Shown here: in pieces, positions 51,573 through 64,000 of the stretch
Layout of the letters: every line of letters begins with the position of its first letter
How positions within the stretch are numbered: the stretch's first letter is position 1
Assembly: GCA_951406725.2 (NCBI GenBank)
Contig: OX597817.1
Span: 42,594,001-42,658,000 of the forward strand
Origin: Octopus vulgaris
Taxonomy: Eukaryota
Length of the DNA: 64,000 nt
Direction: 5' to 3'
Notes under the pieces: model-generated
Seen by the model: the letters and a program-made list of their open reading frames with translations, nothing else
Databases searched by the model: none
Told to the model about the DNA's origin: nothing
Made by a program: the position numbers and the translations under genes

Positions 51573-52030
51573 CACACACACACACATACATATGTATACA
51601 TATGTATACATATACACCAATACATGCACGCACAATTTTCTGTATGAATGTACGCACAAATATATACTTATAAACTTAAACTTGTTATATGTAATATACA
51701 TATTTTTATATGTGTGTGTATATATAATTTTATATATATATATATACTCACTCGCTCACACACATACATACATATATACATATATGCATGCATACATGCA
51801 TACATACATATATATATATGTACATACATACATACATACATATGTACGTACGTACGTACGTACGTACATACATACATAAACATTTACATACATGCATTGA
51901 CACACACAGATACACATTCAACCACATACACACTCACACACATGTGAGTGTATGAATGTATGTTTGTATATATACTTATAAACTTCAAATTGTTCTTGTT
52001 TTCATTTGCACTTTATACATGCATATATAC

Positions 52031-52104
<74 letters not shown>

Positions 52105-52147
52105 GTGTATATATATATATGTATGTATATATATATATATATACATA

Positions 52148-52244
<97 letters not shown>

Positions 52245-52609
52245 TCATCAATCACAGGAGAAAAGGTAATAAAAATTCAGTCTGTAACTTTCTGATTTAT
52301 ATAACAACATATTTAACACATTTACACATGATTTGTGAATCCATCATAAAGATATACACAGCAAGTCAAGCTTATAACAGATCGACCAATCAGAAGAAGA
52401 AGAAGAACAGAAAATACACAAGGATTTGTATCCAGTTGCTGTTTGGTATATTTAACTCTCTGCGAATCAGTCCACCAAGCTGTAGAAAGATATATAAGCA
52501 GATGAGTGTGTATTAAATAAGTTTTTAGTGATCAGCAAAACCACCTTAACCATTAAAACAAGAAGTAGATTTTGCTCATGCTAACTTCCTCCAAGTAACA
52601 ATACTTACA

Positions 52610-52885
52610 AGTATGTATGCATGTCATTGTTCAGTTTTATTTCAAGATTTCTTGCCAATAGAGAAAGAACTGGTTTCTAACCTAGATTCAAGGCTCCTTC
52701 ATTGGAATTTCAACATCAACAACAGGCTATTTTTTATGTATGTATGTATGTATGTATGTATGTCTGAAGCTGTGTTTGTATGTATGTATGCATGTATATT
52801 TATATGTATGTATGTATGCATGTATGTTTATATGTATGTATGTATGCATGTATGTTTATATGTATGTATGTATATACGTACGTAC

Positions 52886-52916
<31 letters not shown>

Positions 52917-52930
52917 TGTATGTATGTACG
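52610..52930 (-). mobile_element. Terminal module of the (CATA)n-associated R4/Dong-like element
   Basis: Reverse complement of 11978-12085 followed by (TATG)n. Confidence 0.75.
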
Positions 52931-53199
52931 TATTTTCTCTTCTCTTTTTAATTATTTAAATTCATCCTCTGAGGACGGAGCTGGTTTTTAATAAAGATAC
53001 AAAACTTCATCTTTGGAATGTAGGTAACGAAAACAGTGTCACAATTTAAACTTGAGAATGGTCTTGTATGTTTTTATTGTTCCACTTATAGATTGTATTT
53101 GTAATGAGTAAGTTAGTTGGTTGATGTCAGTAAATGTCAGTGAGGCATTTACTTGCATAACCAAGCACATCAATTATTGTTGGTATAAATTTAAATTTC

Positions 53200-53548
53200 T
53201 AAAGCACCATCCAAACGTGGTTGATGCCAGTGTCGCCTAACTGGCTCCCATGCTGGTGGTACATAAAAAGCACCCAATACACTCTCAGAGTGGTTGGCAT
53301 TAGGAAGGACGTCCAGCTGCAGAAACCTTGCTGGATTAGATTGGAGCCTGGTGCAGCCTTCTGGCTTGCCAATCCTCAGTCAAACCGTCAAACCCATGCC
53401 TGCATGGAAAACAGATGTTAAACAATGATGACGACGATGACGATGATGATGATGGTGATGATGATGATGATGATGATGATGACGTCGACGATGTTGACGA
53501 TGGTGACAATGATGACGACAATGATGATGATGGTAGTGGTGGTGGTGA

Positions 53549-53579
<31 letters not shown>

Positions 53580-53638
53580 GTTGACGATGGTGACGATGAT
53601 GACGACGATGATGATGATGGTTGTGGTGGTGGTGGTGG

Positions 53639-53676
<38 letters not shown>

Positions 53677-53725
53677 CCGATGACGATGACGGTGATGATG
53701 AAGATGATGATGATGATGATGATAT
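53200..53725 (+). mobile_element. SINE-like family D with expanded (GAT)n tail
   Basis: Similarity to other copies. Confidence 0.85.
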
Positions 53726-54099
53726 AAAAAACTGGAGGTTTCAGAGTAGCTGTCTATAGTTATCCTTTCTCCATGATTTCTTTAAACAACAATATTTATC
53801 CTGTTATGCCTACACTTGACAGATGCTTTGATGAGAATGTTCCACCATTGTTTTGTTTGTGTTGATGTTTATGTATGTATTCAATAACAGGGGATTCTCT
53901 ATATTTATTCCAAGATAGATTTTTTTTTTCCAGATAGCATTGTATGTTGTTTTTGTGATTACATCCTGTAGCATAGGGAGTTAGTACCTTAATGATATTT
54001 TTAGGCAGTTGCTAATCACACGTGGAATGTCTTCCACAGAAATATGACATAATTCTACATTTACAATTACATCTTGGAACTCCAAGGACTTCACTGTCT

Positions 54100-54180
<81 letters not shown>

Positions 54181-54264
54181 CTTTTCTCTCTCTATATATA
54201 TATAGTCAGTTGAAGATATAGTTCCTTTATAAAATCCAGAGATCAACTAGTGTTATCAATGATA

Positions 54265-54785
54265 TCATCATCATCACCATCATCATCGTTTAACTCTGCT
54301 TTCCATGCTGGCATGGGTTGGACGGTTTGACTGAGGACTGGTGAGCCAGAGGCTGCACCAGGCTCCAATCTGATCTGGCAAAGTTTCTACAGCTGGATAC
54401 CCTTCCTAATGCCAACCACTCCGAGAGTGCAGTGGCTGCTTTTTACGTGTCACTGGCACGAGGGCCAGTCAGGCAGTTCTAGCAACGACCACGCTCAAAA
54501 GGTGTTTTTATGTGCTACCTGGATGGGAGCCAGTGCAGCGGCACTGGCAACGACCACACTCAAATGTTTTTCATGTGCCACCAGCACATGTGCCAGTAAG
54601 GCGATGCTGGCAACAATGATGCTCGAATGCTACTTTTCACGTGTCACCAGCATGGGAGTCATCCATGTCCCTGGCAACGATCACACTCAGATATGCTCCT
54701 TTTAACATTCCCCTGGCACAAGTGCCAATCAGGCTGTACTGTCTTCGGCCATGTCAGTGATTTAGATTTGTTTCCACTTGCCTCA
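54265..54785 (-). mobile_element. SINE-like family D with ~6 tandem modules
   Basis: Similarity to 9255-9880. Confidence 0.85.
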
Positions 54786-54922
54786 ATACATTGGGGTAAG
54801 TCTCTCAATATATAGGGTTAAACAGTCTAATATACAATATGAACATTGAAAATAGTTTAATACAAATAAAATTTAAATGAACATATATTAATATAAAATC
54901 AAATACAATTTGTATAAGAGGT

Positions 54923-55036
54923 GCCTACACATGTTTCAATAAGGTCACTATGTAAACAGTGATTCAGAATATTCGAACCATGTTAATAGTCTTAGATGTA
55001 AAAAATGACAACAAAGTGTCCAGGTATCTTCAGGGC
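54923..55036 (-). ncRNA. Degenerate hammerhead with long stem II region
   Basis: Minus strand GCC-CTGAAGA-(~90 nt)-GAAA-CATGTG-TA-GGC; stem III ACATGTGT probably from ACACGTGT; stem II pairing is weak. Confidence 0.55.
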
Positions 55037-55154
55037 TATCTCATTCAAAAGGCTAATACTTACATATTTTTCCCACAGGAATATATAGATATAGATATAG
55101 TGGTGGGGGGAGCCATCTGATAAACCATAAGTCAGTTAAAAAAGCAGAGTGGGC

Positions 55155-55338
55155 ATATTAATCAAAGTGTACAGTATTATATATCCCTTATGGCTGGTCT
55201 TACCAATTGGTGTCGCACGAGGAGGTTCAACAGAGTATAATCAGGCTGTCACCTAACATTCCATTGAACCTGTAGTGTGAAACCAATTGGTAAGATCGGC
55301 CATAATGGATGTATAATACTGTACAATTTGATTAATAT
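55155..55338. mobile_element. Short foldback carrying the 3' half of a hammerhead
   Basis: ~75-bp inverted arms; GAAA-CCAATTGG-TA at 55279-55292; ends in (TA)n; no CUGA box seen. Confidence 0.6.
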
Positions 55339-55441
55339 ATATATATAATATGTCATCATCATTGTTCGACCGTGGTCGAGACAATGGAATTTACCATGCT
55401 TCGCCAGACTTCACGGTCCATCATGGCATATAATATGTATG

Positions 55442-55475
<34 letters not shown>

Positions 55476-55854
55476 TGTATGTATGTATGCAAACATGTAT
55501 ATGTATGTAGATATATATATAAAGTTAATCCAAACAAGAAAACAAAAATATATATATATTTATAGACCAACCCAAGCTAGAATGGAAAATGGATGTTGAT
55601 GATGACATACATACATACATACATACATACGTAACAGTTACAGAAAACTGAATAAATATATGATACCAAATAGAGATACACTAAGAGATAAAATGTAATA
55701 TTTAATAATCAATATAGACTTATTTAATTAACATCAAAGAGAAATATTATTTTTATATAACGAACAGCAACATTTACAAAGCAGTCTGCCAATATATATC
55801 AATTCCTTCGTCATAAGAAATACTATAAATTTTAGTACCAGTAATTATAGTTTG

Positions 55855-56140
55855 TGGAGGCACGTGGCCTAGTAGTTAGAGCAGTGAACTCACAGTCGAA
55901 GGATCGCAGGTTCAAATCTCAGACCGGGTGGTGTGTATGTTTATGAGCAAAACACCTAAGCTCCACTTGGCTCTGGCAGAAGGTAATGGTGAACTTCTGC
56001 TGATTCTTTCACCACAACTTTCTGTCACTCTTTCCTCCTGCATCTAGCAACTCACCTAGGGAGTCTGTATGCCAATGAAACTGGGAAACCAGGCCTTATC
56101 AGCCAGGTGTGGCTCAAGAAGGAACAAACAACAACAACAA
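55855..56140 (+). mobile_element. SINE family C
   Basis: Similarity to other copies and (AAC)n tail. Confidence 0.85.
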
Positions 56141-56287
56141 CAATTATTATTTATGTACAGAGAAATCTTTTCTGTAGTGAGAACTTTTAAGATTTAAGAT
56201 AAGAAATTCTTATAATTGTTAAATAAACAATGAAACAGAAGTGATGACCCAAAAACTACAATGTCATGAGTAACATGAAGCACATCA

Positions 56288-56608
56288 GGCAACAAGCAAG
56301 CAGAAACATTATCATGCTGGGCGAAATGCTTAGCAGTATTTCGTCTGTCTTTACATTCTGAGTTCAAATTCCACCAAGGTCGACTTTGCCTTTCATCCTT
56401 TCGGGGTCGATAAATTAAGTACCAGTTACGCACCGGGGTTGATGTGATCGACTTAATCCCTTTGTCTGTACTTGTTTGTCCCCTCTATGTTTAGCCCCTT
56501 GTGGGCAATAAAGAAATAAGGAACATTAGCACGCTCTACTGGGGTCGATCTAATCGACTGGCCCTCTCCCCAAAAATTTCAGGCCGTGTGCCTAGAGTAG
56601 AAAAGAAT
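56288..56608 (+). mobile_element. SINE family B plus a second truncated copy
   Basis: Nin domain. Confidence 0.85.
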
Positions 56609-56639
56609 ATGAAGCTCATCATTAACATATTAAATATAA

Positions 56640-57563
56640 ACTCTTTTTGTGGCATACATTAATGACATAGATGCCAATTTAAAGAATGCCACAGTATTGA
56701 AATATGCAGACGACATCAAGCTGTACCTTGAAATCAAGAGGACAGATCCTGATGTCTACAACTCTTTCCTGCAATCAGACCTAGACACAAAGCAGCAATG
56801 GATCACAGACTGGCAATCTGAAACTGGCTGTGGACAAGTGTACCACCATGCATTTTAGGAGAAAAAACCCTGCGTCCACATACTCCCTCCACAACACTGA
56901 TATCAAGAAATCCTCTTGCGAGCATGACCAAGGCATCACTGTCAGCAGTGATTTGTGTTGGACAAAGCATATCTCTAAAATTGTCAAGAAGGCCGAGGGT
57001 GTCTTGGCATCACTCAGCAAGACTTTTGTTAGCCGCTCTCCAGCCATCTATTTAAAACTGTATACAGCTATGGTATGACCACACTTGGAATTCGCATCAT
57101 CAGTTTGGAACCCCTATCTTGCTCAGAACATTGACCTCCTGGAATCTGTCCAGAGACGTGCAACCAAACGCATACCCTCCATCAGACACCTACCATATTC
57201 TGAGGGCCTTGTTTCCCTGGGCATGGATTCACTGAAGCTCCGGCGTCTGGCGATGGACTTGGTAAAGACCCACAAAGTTATCAACCACCTCACCAACAAC
57301 AACACTGGACACCTTTTTGATCTCCACGTGTCTAACACACGTGGACATGCCTACAAAGTCAGAAAACAACACAGCTCCCATGACTTTCGGAAACATTTTT
57401 TCACGCTCAGAGTTGCTGAAGCATGGAATAAACTGCCTGCGTCAGTTGTTGACTGCCATGACACTGCATCCTTTAAGGCCCTCATGCTTTCCGAAATCCG
57501 CCGAAACTACACCTGATTATATATACACTTTAGATGAGTTGTAGTGCACCTGAGCACTGTACA

Positions 57564-57625
<62 letters not shown>
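56640..57625 (+). mobile_element. 5'-truncated CR1-like LINE with (TAT)n tail
   Basis: YINDI..LKYADDIKLY, EFASSVWNPY..ESVQRRATK, FFTLRVAEAWNKLP; one frameshift and one stop. Confidence 0.93.
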
Positions 57626-57626
<1 letters not shown>

Positions 57627-58329
57627 CCGCTCTACTACAAATCTATACATATAATACATCAGAGCAGGCATAGCTGTGTGGTATGAAGCTTGCTTCCCAA
57701 CAACATGGTTTAGGTTTCAGTCCCACTGCATGGCATCTTGGACAAGTGTCTTCTACTATAGCCAAGTGGATTTTGGAAGATGAGATTATGAAATCCAGAG
57801 ATCAACTGGTGTTATCAATGATATATTAGAAGAATATATAGGGATAAACAGTCTAATATGCAATTATTACTATAAGAAATAGGAGAAAAAATATTGTGGA
57901 TATTTATTTTATTTGCATCACAATATGAACATTGAAAATAGTTTACTACAAATAAAATTTAAATGAACATACATTAACATAAAGAAAGAAGGCTGTCATG
58001 TGTGTGTGTGTGTCTTTGCATCAGTGTTTACATCCCCGTAACTTAGTGGTTTACCAAAAAGAGACTGACAGAGAAACCGTGCCAAAATAGACAATGGAGC
58101 CTGGTACAGCTCCCAGCCAGGTCAGCTCCTGTCAAACCGTTCAACACATGCAAGCATGGAAAATGGACAGTGATGATGATGGTGGTGGCGGTGGCGATGA
58201 TGATGACGACGACGATGACGACGAGTGTACACACACACACACACACACACAATAGGTTATTTTCAGTTTCCGTCTACCAAATCCACTCACAAGTCTTTGA
58301 TCAGCTCAAAGCTATAATGGAAGACACTT

Positions 58330-58481
58330 GGAGTGGTTGGTGTTAGGAAGGGCATCCAGCTGTAGAAACTCTGCCAGATCAGATTGGAGCCTGGTGCAGC
58401 CATCTGGCTCACCAATCCCCAGTCAAATCATCCAACCCATGCTAGCATAGAAAGCAGACGTTAAATGATGACAATGATGAT

Positions 58482-58482
<1 letters not shown>
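58330..58482 (+). mobile_element. Family D 3' fragment followed by (GATA)n
   Basis: Similarity to other copies. Confidence 0.85.
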
Positions 58483-58569
<87 letters not shown>

Positions 58570-59302
58570 TGTCTTTATACACACACACACATATATACAT
58601 GCACACATACTTTACATAAGCATACATATATGTGTGTACGTATGTAGGTATGTATAAAACCAATAAATAAATGTGTATATATGCATGTAAAGTGTAGTTA
58701 TATAAATAAACAACAAATAATGATATATATACATATATATATATATATGTATATATGTATATGAGAATATATATTCCTTTATTCTTTTATATGTTTCAGT
58801 CCAATGACTGTGGCCATGCTGGAGCACATATATACACACATACATATATGTATGTAAATACATGCACACATACAATTTCATTATATAATCTTATTGTTGC
58901 CGGCATTCATAGAGTGTTAATAAAATGTTGGTTATAGTATTCAGATATTGATGACCTTCCCTGACCTGCTGTAAAGGTATTGATTTTTTTTTATTTTATT
59001 TTCTCTCTACGAAACAATATTTCAATCAATACATCGCACCTAATTGTGAAGGAAGACACCTATGTTCCAGTTTAAACTAAGATGGCAAAAAGAAAATCTT
59101 TATAAGGTTTGCTAACTCTGCTAGAAATAGCAGCCAATTCACCCTCAAATACACTATCAATCTTGGAAGGAAGGGGTCAAAATGTACCAATGTATGAGAA
59201 ATGGATGGGATGATCATGTCTTTGCTCATAGTCTGCTCAGTCAAGACAGCCCTGGGGCTAAGCAACAACAAAAACAACAATTAAGGAAGCTGTTATCAAT
59301 AG

Positions 59303-59469
59303 ACGTAGGCATAGGAGTGGCTCTGTGGTAAGTAGCTTGCTTACCAACCACATGGTTCCGGATTCAGTCCCACTGTGTGGCACCTTGGGCAAGTGTTTTC
59401 TTCTATAGCCTCGTGCTGACCAAAGCCTCGTGAGTGGATTTGGTAGACAGAAACTGAAAGAAGCCCATC

Positions 59470-59550
<81 letters not shown>

Positions 59551-60775
59551 GCTATGTGGTGTCGGTTCTCCCTCTGTTTTCACTGTCTCTCTCTCTCTCT
59601 CGGTATATATCTCACCTTCACTCGCTTCCACAGGCTTAGCCAATACCGCAGGATGAAAAACATCAGCTAAGTTCCCGACCTGTTTCCTCTTTTCATTGTT
59701 TTTGCAAGCCTTATTATTATTGTATCCCCATATATTAGCGTTATCGTTGTCTTTCGTCTCAAATGCTAGCTGAAGCATAAAAACTTTCACTCACAAAAAC
59801 TTATTCACACCACCGCAAAGCATTTCATCTCAAATCCTGTCTGTCTTTCTATCTGCCGCCTAAAACCTCATTTTCTCCCAATGCGCGGTGCGCCCATCCT
59901 CCCACCCCCACCACCAATACCGGTGAACACCCCCACCACCAATACCAGTGAACACTGTTCTCACCATCTACACCGGATACTCCCTCCTCCTCCCCCACCA
60001 CCCCTTCCTACCCCTTCTCCTCATATGCTTTCACTGTGAAAAGACAAGCTACTAGCGTCACAGCTCTTCAACCGCCCACTGATCTTACGCTTCCTCCTGT
60101 TTTGAATCTGACACTGCCTCAATCCGACTATCTCCTTCCAGTCCCCTCCCCGCCTCGTAATTATCCTACGTTTTTATTTCTTACGAACCTGCACCAACCC
60201 TTCCTGCCATCGTTCCTCCTTACCCCCCCAACCTTCCCCACCCCCACCCATTCAAAGTACCCCGGATCCCTGTTGCCCCGTGCCGCGGGCACGTTAAAAG
60301 CTCGAACCGATCGTGACCGATGCCGGACCCCCGGCCCCTGTGCAGGTGGCACGTAAAAGCACCCACTCCACTCACGGAGTGGTTGGCGTTAGGAAGGGCA
60401 TCCAGCCGTAGAAACTCTGCCAGATCAGACTGGAGCCTGGAGCGGCCCCTGGCTTCCCAGACCCCGGTCGAACCGTCCAACCCGTGCTAGCGCGGAAAAC
60501 GGACGTTAAACGATGATGATGATGATGATGATATATATGTATGTATGTGTGTGTGTATATGTTTGCGTGTCTGTGTTTGTCCCCCCAACATTGCTTGACA
60601 ACCGATGCTGGTGTGTTTACGTCCCTGTAACTTAGCGGTTCGGCAAAAGAGACCGATAGAATAAGTACTAGGCTTACAAAGAATAAAACCTGGGGTCGAT
60701 TTGCTCGACTAAAGGCCGTGCTCCAGCATGGCCACAGTCAAATAACTGAAACAAGTAAGAGAGTAAGAGAGTAAG
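59303..60775 (+). mobile_element. SINE family A split by a ~1-kb insertion in its central (TA)n
   Basis: Head 59303-59470, tail 60531-60775; insert is unique 59549-60260 plus a CpG-rich family D copy 60265-60530. Confidence 0.85.
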
Positions 60776-60852
60776 ACATTCTCTCCTGCTCACAATTTCT
60801 CTCTATTTTTCTTCCTGCCTTTATTTCTCTCTTTCCACATATATATCATGAA

Positions 60853-60895
<43 letters not shown>

Positions 60896-61699
60896 CATCA
60901 ATCTTGATTCATACACCCTTACTTCCTCTTCCTCTATTCCTCATCAGTCCTGCTTTCTCCTTCCCTATATTCCATTTCATATGTTTTGTTTATTAACTCA
61001 TCCCCCTCTGATATGTTCTTCATCCTTCACCTCCTTCCTCATAATCCTAGCAATCCATCCAGGAGAATTGTAAACTGAATTAAATCACTTATAAGACTAG
61101 ATGAAGACCTCATAAGCTCTAATGAAGGCAAACCATCTAGGAGAGCAGATTAAATTACCTGCATAGGGTGGAGACTAGATTCTGTACACAATGATGAAGG
61201 CAACCTATCTTACAGAGCAGCAACTCTGAATAAAAATCAAGAGTGGAGAGGACACATTCTATACTGAAAAATGGTTAAGGACAAGAAAGGGATCAAGCCT
61301 GTAAAAAAATACCAAAATCATGTACTATTTCAACTCACTGATTGTCCCTAATTCAGTATGCCATAATAATAATAGAACCTAGTTCTATACACATGACTAA
61401 CACCCAATATGTCCTATAATGGGGTGGCTAGAGGGAAGCATCTGTGGACCATAATTAAGTGATTGCACATTCGTTTTCAAGTGCAAGTAAGATGCATCAA
61501 GCATTAGGCCTCCCATCAAGAGGGAGCCTCCTCTTATCCTATCATATAAAGATCCTCAGAGCTTTAACCATTAATGTGATTTGTCCCATTAATGTAATCT
61601 ACCTGCCATTGTGACACAGTGACAAGTATCAGGTGAGTGACAAGTATCACAATGACAAGATCAGGTGAGATTATAGACAGGCTTGAGCAGAGAAAATTA

Positions 61700-63220
61700 G
61701 ATGTGTGTTGTGTGCAAGAGATAAGATGGTGTAGTGTCTCCGTGAGACTCCTCACAAAGAACACCTGTACAAATTCTTGTGAATAGGTAGCAATGCTATT
61801 TTAGGGAGATGTGACATTCTAGTGACTGAAAAGTGGTAAGATAAGGTAACTGAAGTAACCAGAATATGTAACAGAGTAATAAAGCTTAGACTAGTTGCAA
61901 GAAAAGCAACCATGACTGTTGTCTCTGCCTATGCTCTACAATTGAGTCTGTCCAATTACTTGCTTCTCTAAGACTCTCCAGCATGCCACCTTGCAGACAG
62001 ATGATAATAACATCGTTATCTTGGATAGTGACTTCAACAGATATGTTGAAAGCATCATGAGGGCTACACTGGAGTCCATAGTTGTCATGGATATGTTTCT
62101 AGAAATTAAGAGAGATCAAGGTTTCTGATGTTTTGCAATCCCAATGAACTAAACATCTGCAACACAAATTTTAGGAAATCAACCAACCAACCTCTAGATC
62201 ACCTTCCAATTAGATGAACATGCAAGCCAGATAGATTTCGTTCAAACCAGAAATTAGGCTAGGCAACTGGCTGTATGTACCAAGACCTTGTTGAAAATTA
62301 TATTGTGCAGCATAGGCTGATGATTAGTGATTTCAGAATATGAGTTAAACAGACTGAGAGATAAAAAAACAACCTGGAAGGTGTGAAAGCTAAAAGGTTC
62401 TTCTGTTAAGTATATGATCAGAATGATTCTAAATGATATGCTATAATGAAGAAGGAGAGATGACAGAAACTATAGCTGAATTTGAAGGCGGCAAGCTGGC
62501 AGAAACATAAGCATGCCAGGCGAAATGCTTAGCGGTATTTCATCTGTCTTTACGTTCTGAGTTCAAATTCCGCCAAGGTCAACTTTACCTTTCATCCTTT
62601 TGGGGTTGATTAAATAAGTACCAGTTACGCACTGGGGTCGATCTAATCAACTTAATCCATTTGTCTGTCCTTGTTTGTCCCCTCTGTGTGTAGCCCCTTG
62701 TGGGCAGTAAAGAAATAAGAAACTATAACTGAATGTTTCTAAGTGATAGCTTGCTAAAAGCAATGGACCAGGTCTGTGGCTGGAGCAAGATATCAGCTAA
62801 ACAAAAGTAACATTGTGGGGAAAGACTACAGTGAATAGGGTAAAGACAAACTAAAAGAGAGGCTTGGAAAGAATGGAAGGAAATGATCAACAAAAAGGAA
62901 TACAGTGTTACTAGTAGAGAAGCTAGCTATATAGGGAATGTATTTAGCATGGGGGGAAGCTGAAAGGAGGAGGTTTGCTGGTGTTTGGAGCTAAGAGGAT
63001 CAGAGGTTTCAGATGTTCCAAATTGCAAGGTTGTATGTCAGGGTAAACTGAGATGTTGTTGGAGAAAATTGTGTCTGTGAAAATTGTGATAGTGGTAGCC
63101 TTTCCCATTAAAGATATGAAGTCAGGGAAAGATACTGATCCACCTGGTATAGTTGATGAGGCCTTAAAAACATCTAGTAAAATAGAGCTCAAGTTAGTTA
63201 TCAGTATAGTAAACCAAGTA

Positions 63221-63257
<37 letters not shown>

Positions 63258-63917
63258 AGTGTCATACACAATGACTGGCACAGCAGTATTATCAGCAGCT
63301 GTTACAGGGGCAAAGGAGATGCTCTAGATGAATCAATTACAAGAATATCAAACAGGTGGACCTAGTCATGAAAGCAACAGAAAGTGTTTTAGCAGAATTG
63401 ATTAGGAGAGAATTCACTGAGACATACTTCATGTTTGTCCCACTAATGCTCTAGCATGGCTGCAGTCAAATGACTGAAACAAGTAACAGAGTAAAAGAGA
63501 GAGAGGGTAACCAAAAGTAAACCTCCATACCTGAAAACCTTTTTCAGCATCTATTGAATCAAGACAGTACCATGATTTAAAATCTGGTAGTTGAAGAACA
63601 GCTGGTGAGATTTGTGCAAGTTGTGTACAGAGATGCAATCAGCAAAGGGAGAGTTGGAAATGAATTCAGTGAAGAATTTGGAGTGCTTGTTGGTATCCAC
63701 TAGGTCTCAGTTCTTAGCCTCCTCCTTTTTATATAAACCTCCAGACCATAACTGAGGAGTTTCAGACCAGCTCCTTATGGAAGTTCCTATATGCTGATAA
63801 CTTAGTGCTAATAGTTGAGACCATGGAAGATTTAGAGATAAAATTCCAGATGTAGAAAGAAAATTTAGAATAAAGAAGCCTGACAGAAAAATTAAGGAAG
63901 ACCAAGATTTAAGTAAA
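61700..63917 (+). mobile_element. Old RTE-clade LINE remnant (APE endonuclease plus RT)
   Basis: VVSAYA (61918), DFN, QIDF, VGIH*..SVL..LLF and LYAD motifs with many stops; interrupted by SINEs. Confidence 0.8.
62486..62720 (+). mobile_element. SINE family B nested in the RTE remnant
   Basis: Full head and Nin domain. Confidence 0.9.
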
Positions 63918-64000
63918 TCTTTATATATAAAAGTGAAGTTGTGTGTCTGTCTCCTACGATTTAGATTCCTAACTACTCCCACATTTTGCAGTGCAGTGTA
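63918..64000 (+). mobile_element. Helitron 5' end, cut by the window edge
   Basis: A|TCTTTATATATAAAAGTGAAGTTGT resembles the start at 46660. Confidence 0.7.

Overview
AT-rich, microsatellite-saturated eukaryotic DNA. The repeat landscape (tRNA-headed CORE-, Nin/Deu- and V-type SINEs, (GAT)n-tailed RTE-related repeats, CR1/RTE/R4 LINE pieces) looks like an octopus/cephalopod genome; this is an inference. Almost all listed ORFs are microsatellite artefacts. Real coding material is limited to a young 5'-truncated CR1-like LINE with an intact 672-aa RT ORF (26272-28450), decayed Tc1, mariner, CR1, RTE and R4/Dong remnants, and one clear host terminal exon (50641-50972) with a possible phase-compatible signal-peptide exon (33588-33669). 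There are also Helitrons, hAT MITEs and a foldback MITE. The most striking signal is a dense set of about 10 distinct short elements carrying minimal type I hammerhead ribozyme motifs (CUGANGA-stem II-GAAA-palindromic stem III-UH). Most sit in or beside (TA)n/(TAA)n/(CA)n microsatellites and many are long inverted foldbacks. This resembles Penelope pseudo-LTR/retrozyme biology and includes a tRNA-headed hammerhead element, a CUGUNGA core variant and a hammerhead-shaped module at the end of an R4/Dong element. All ribozyme calls were made by eye and none is tested.
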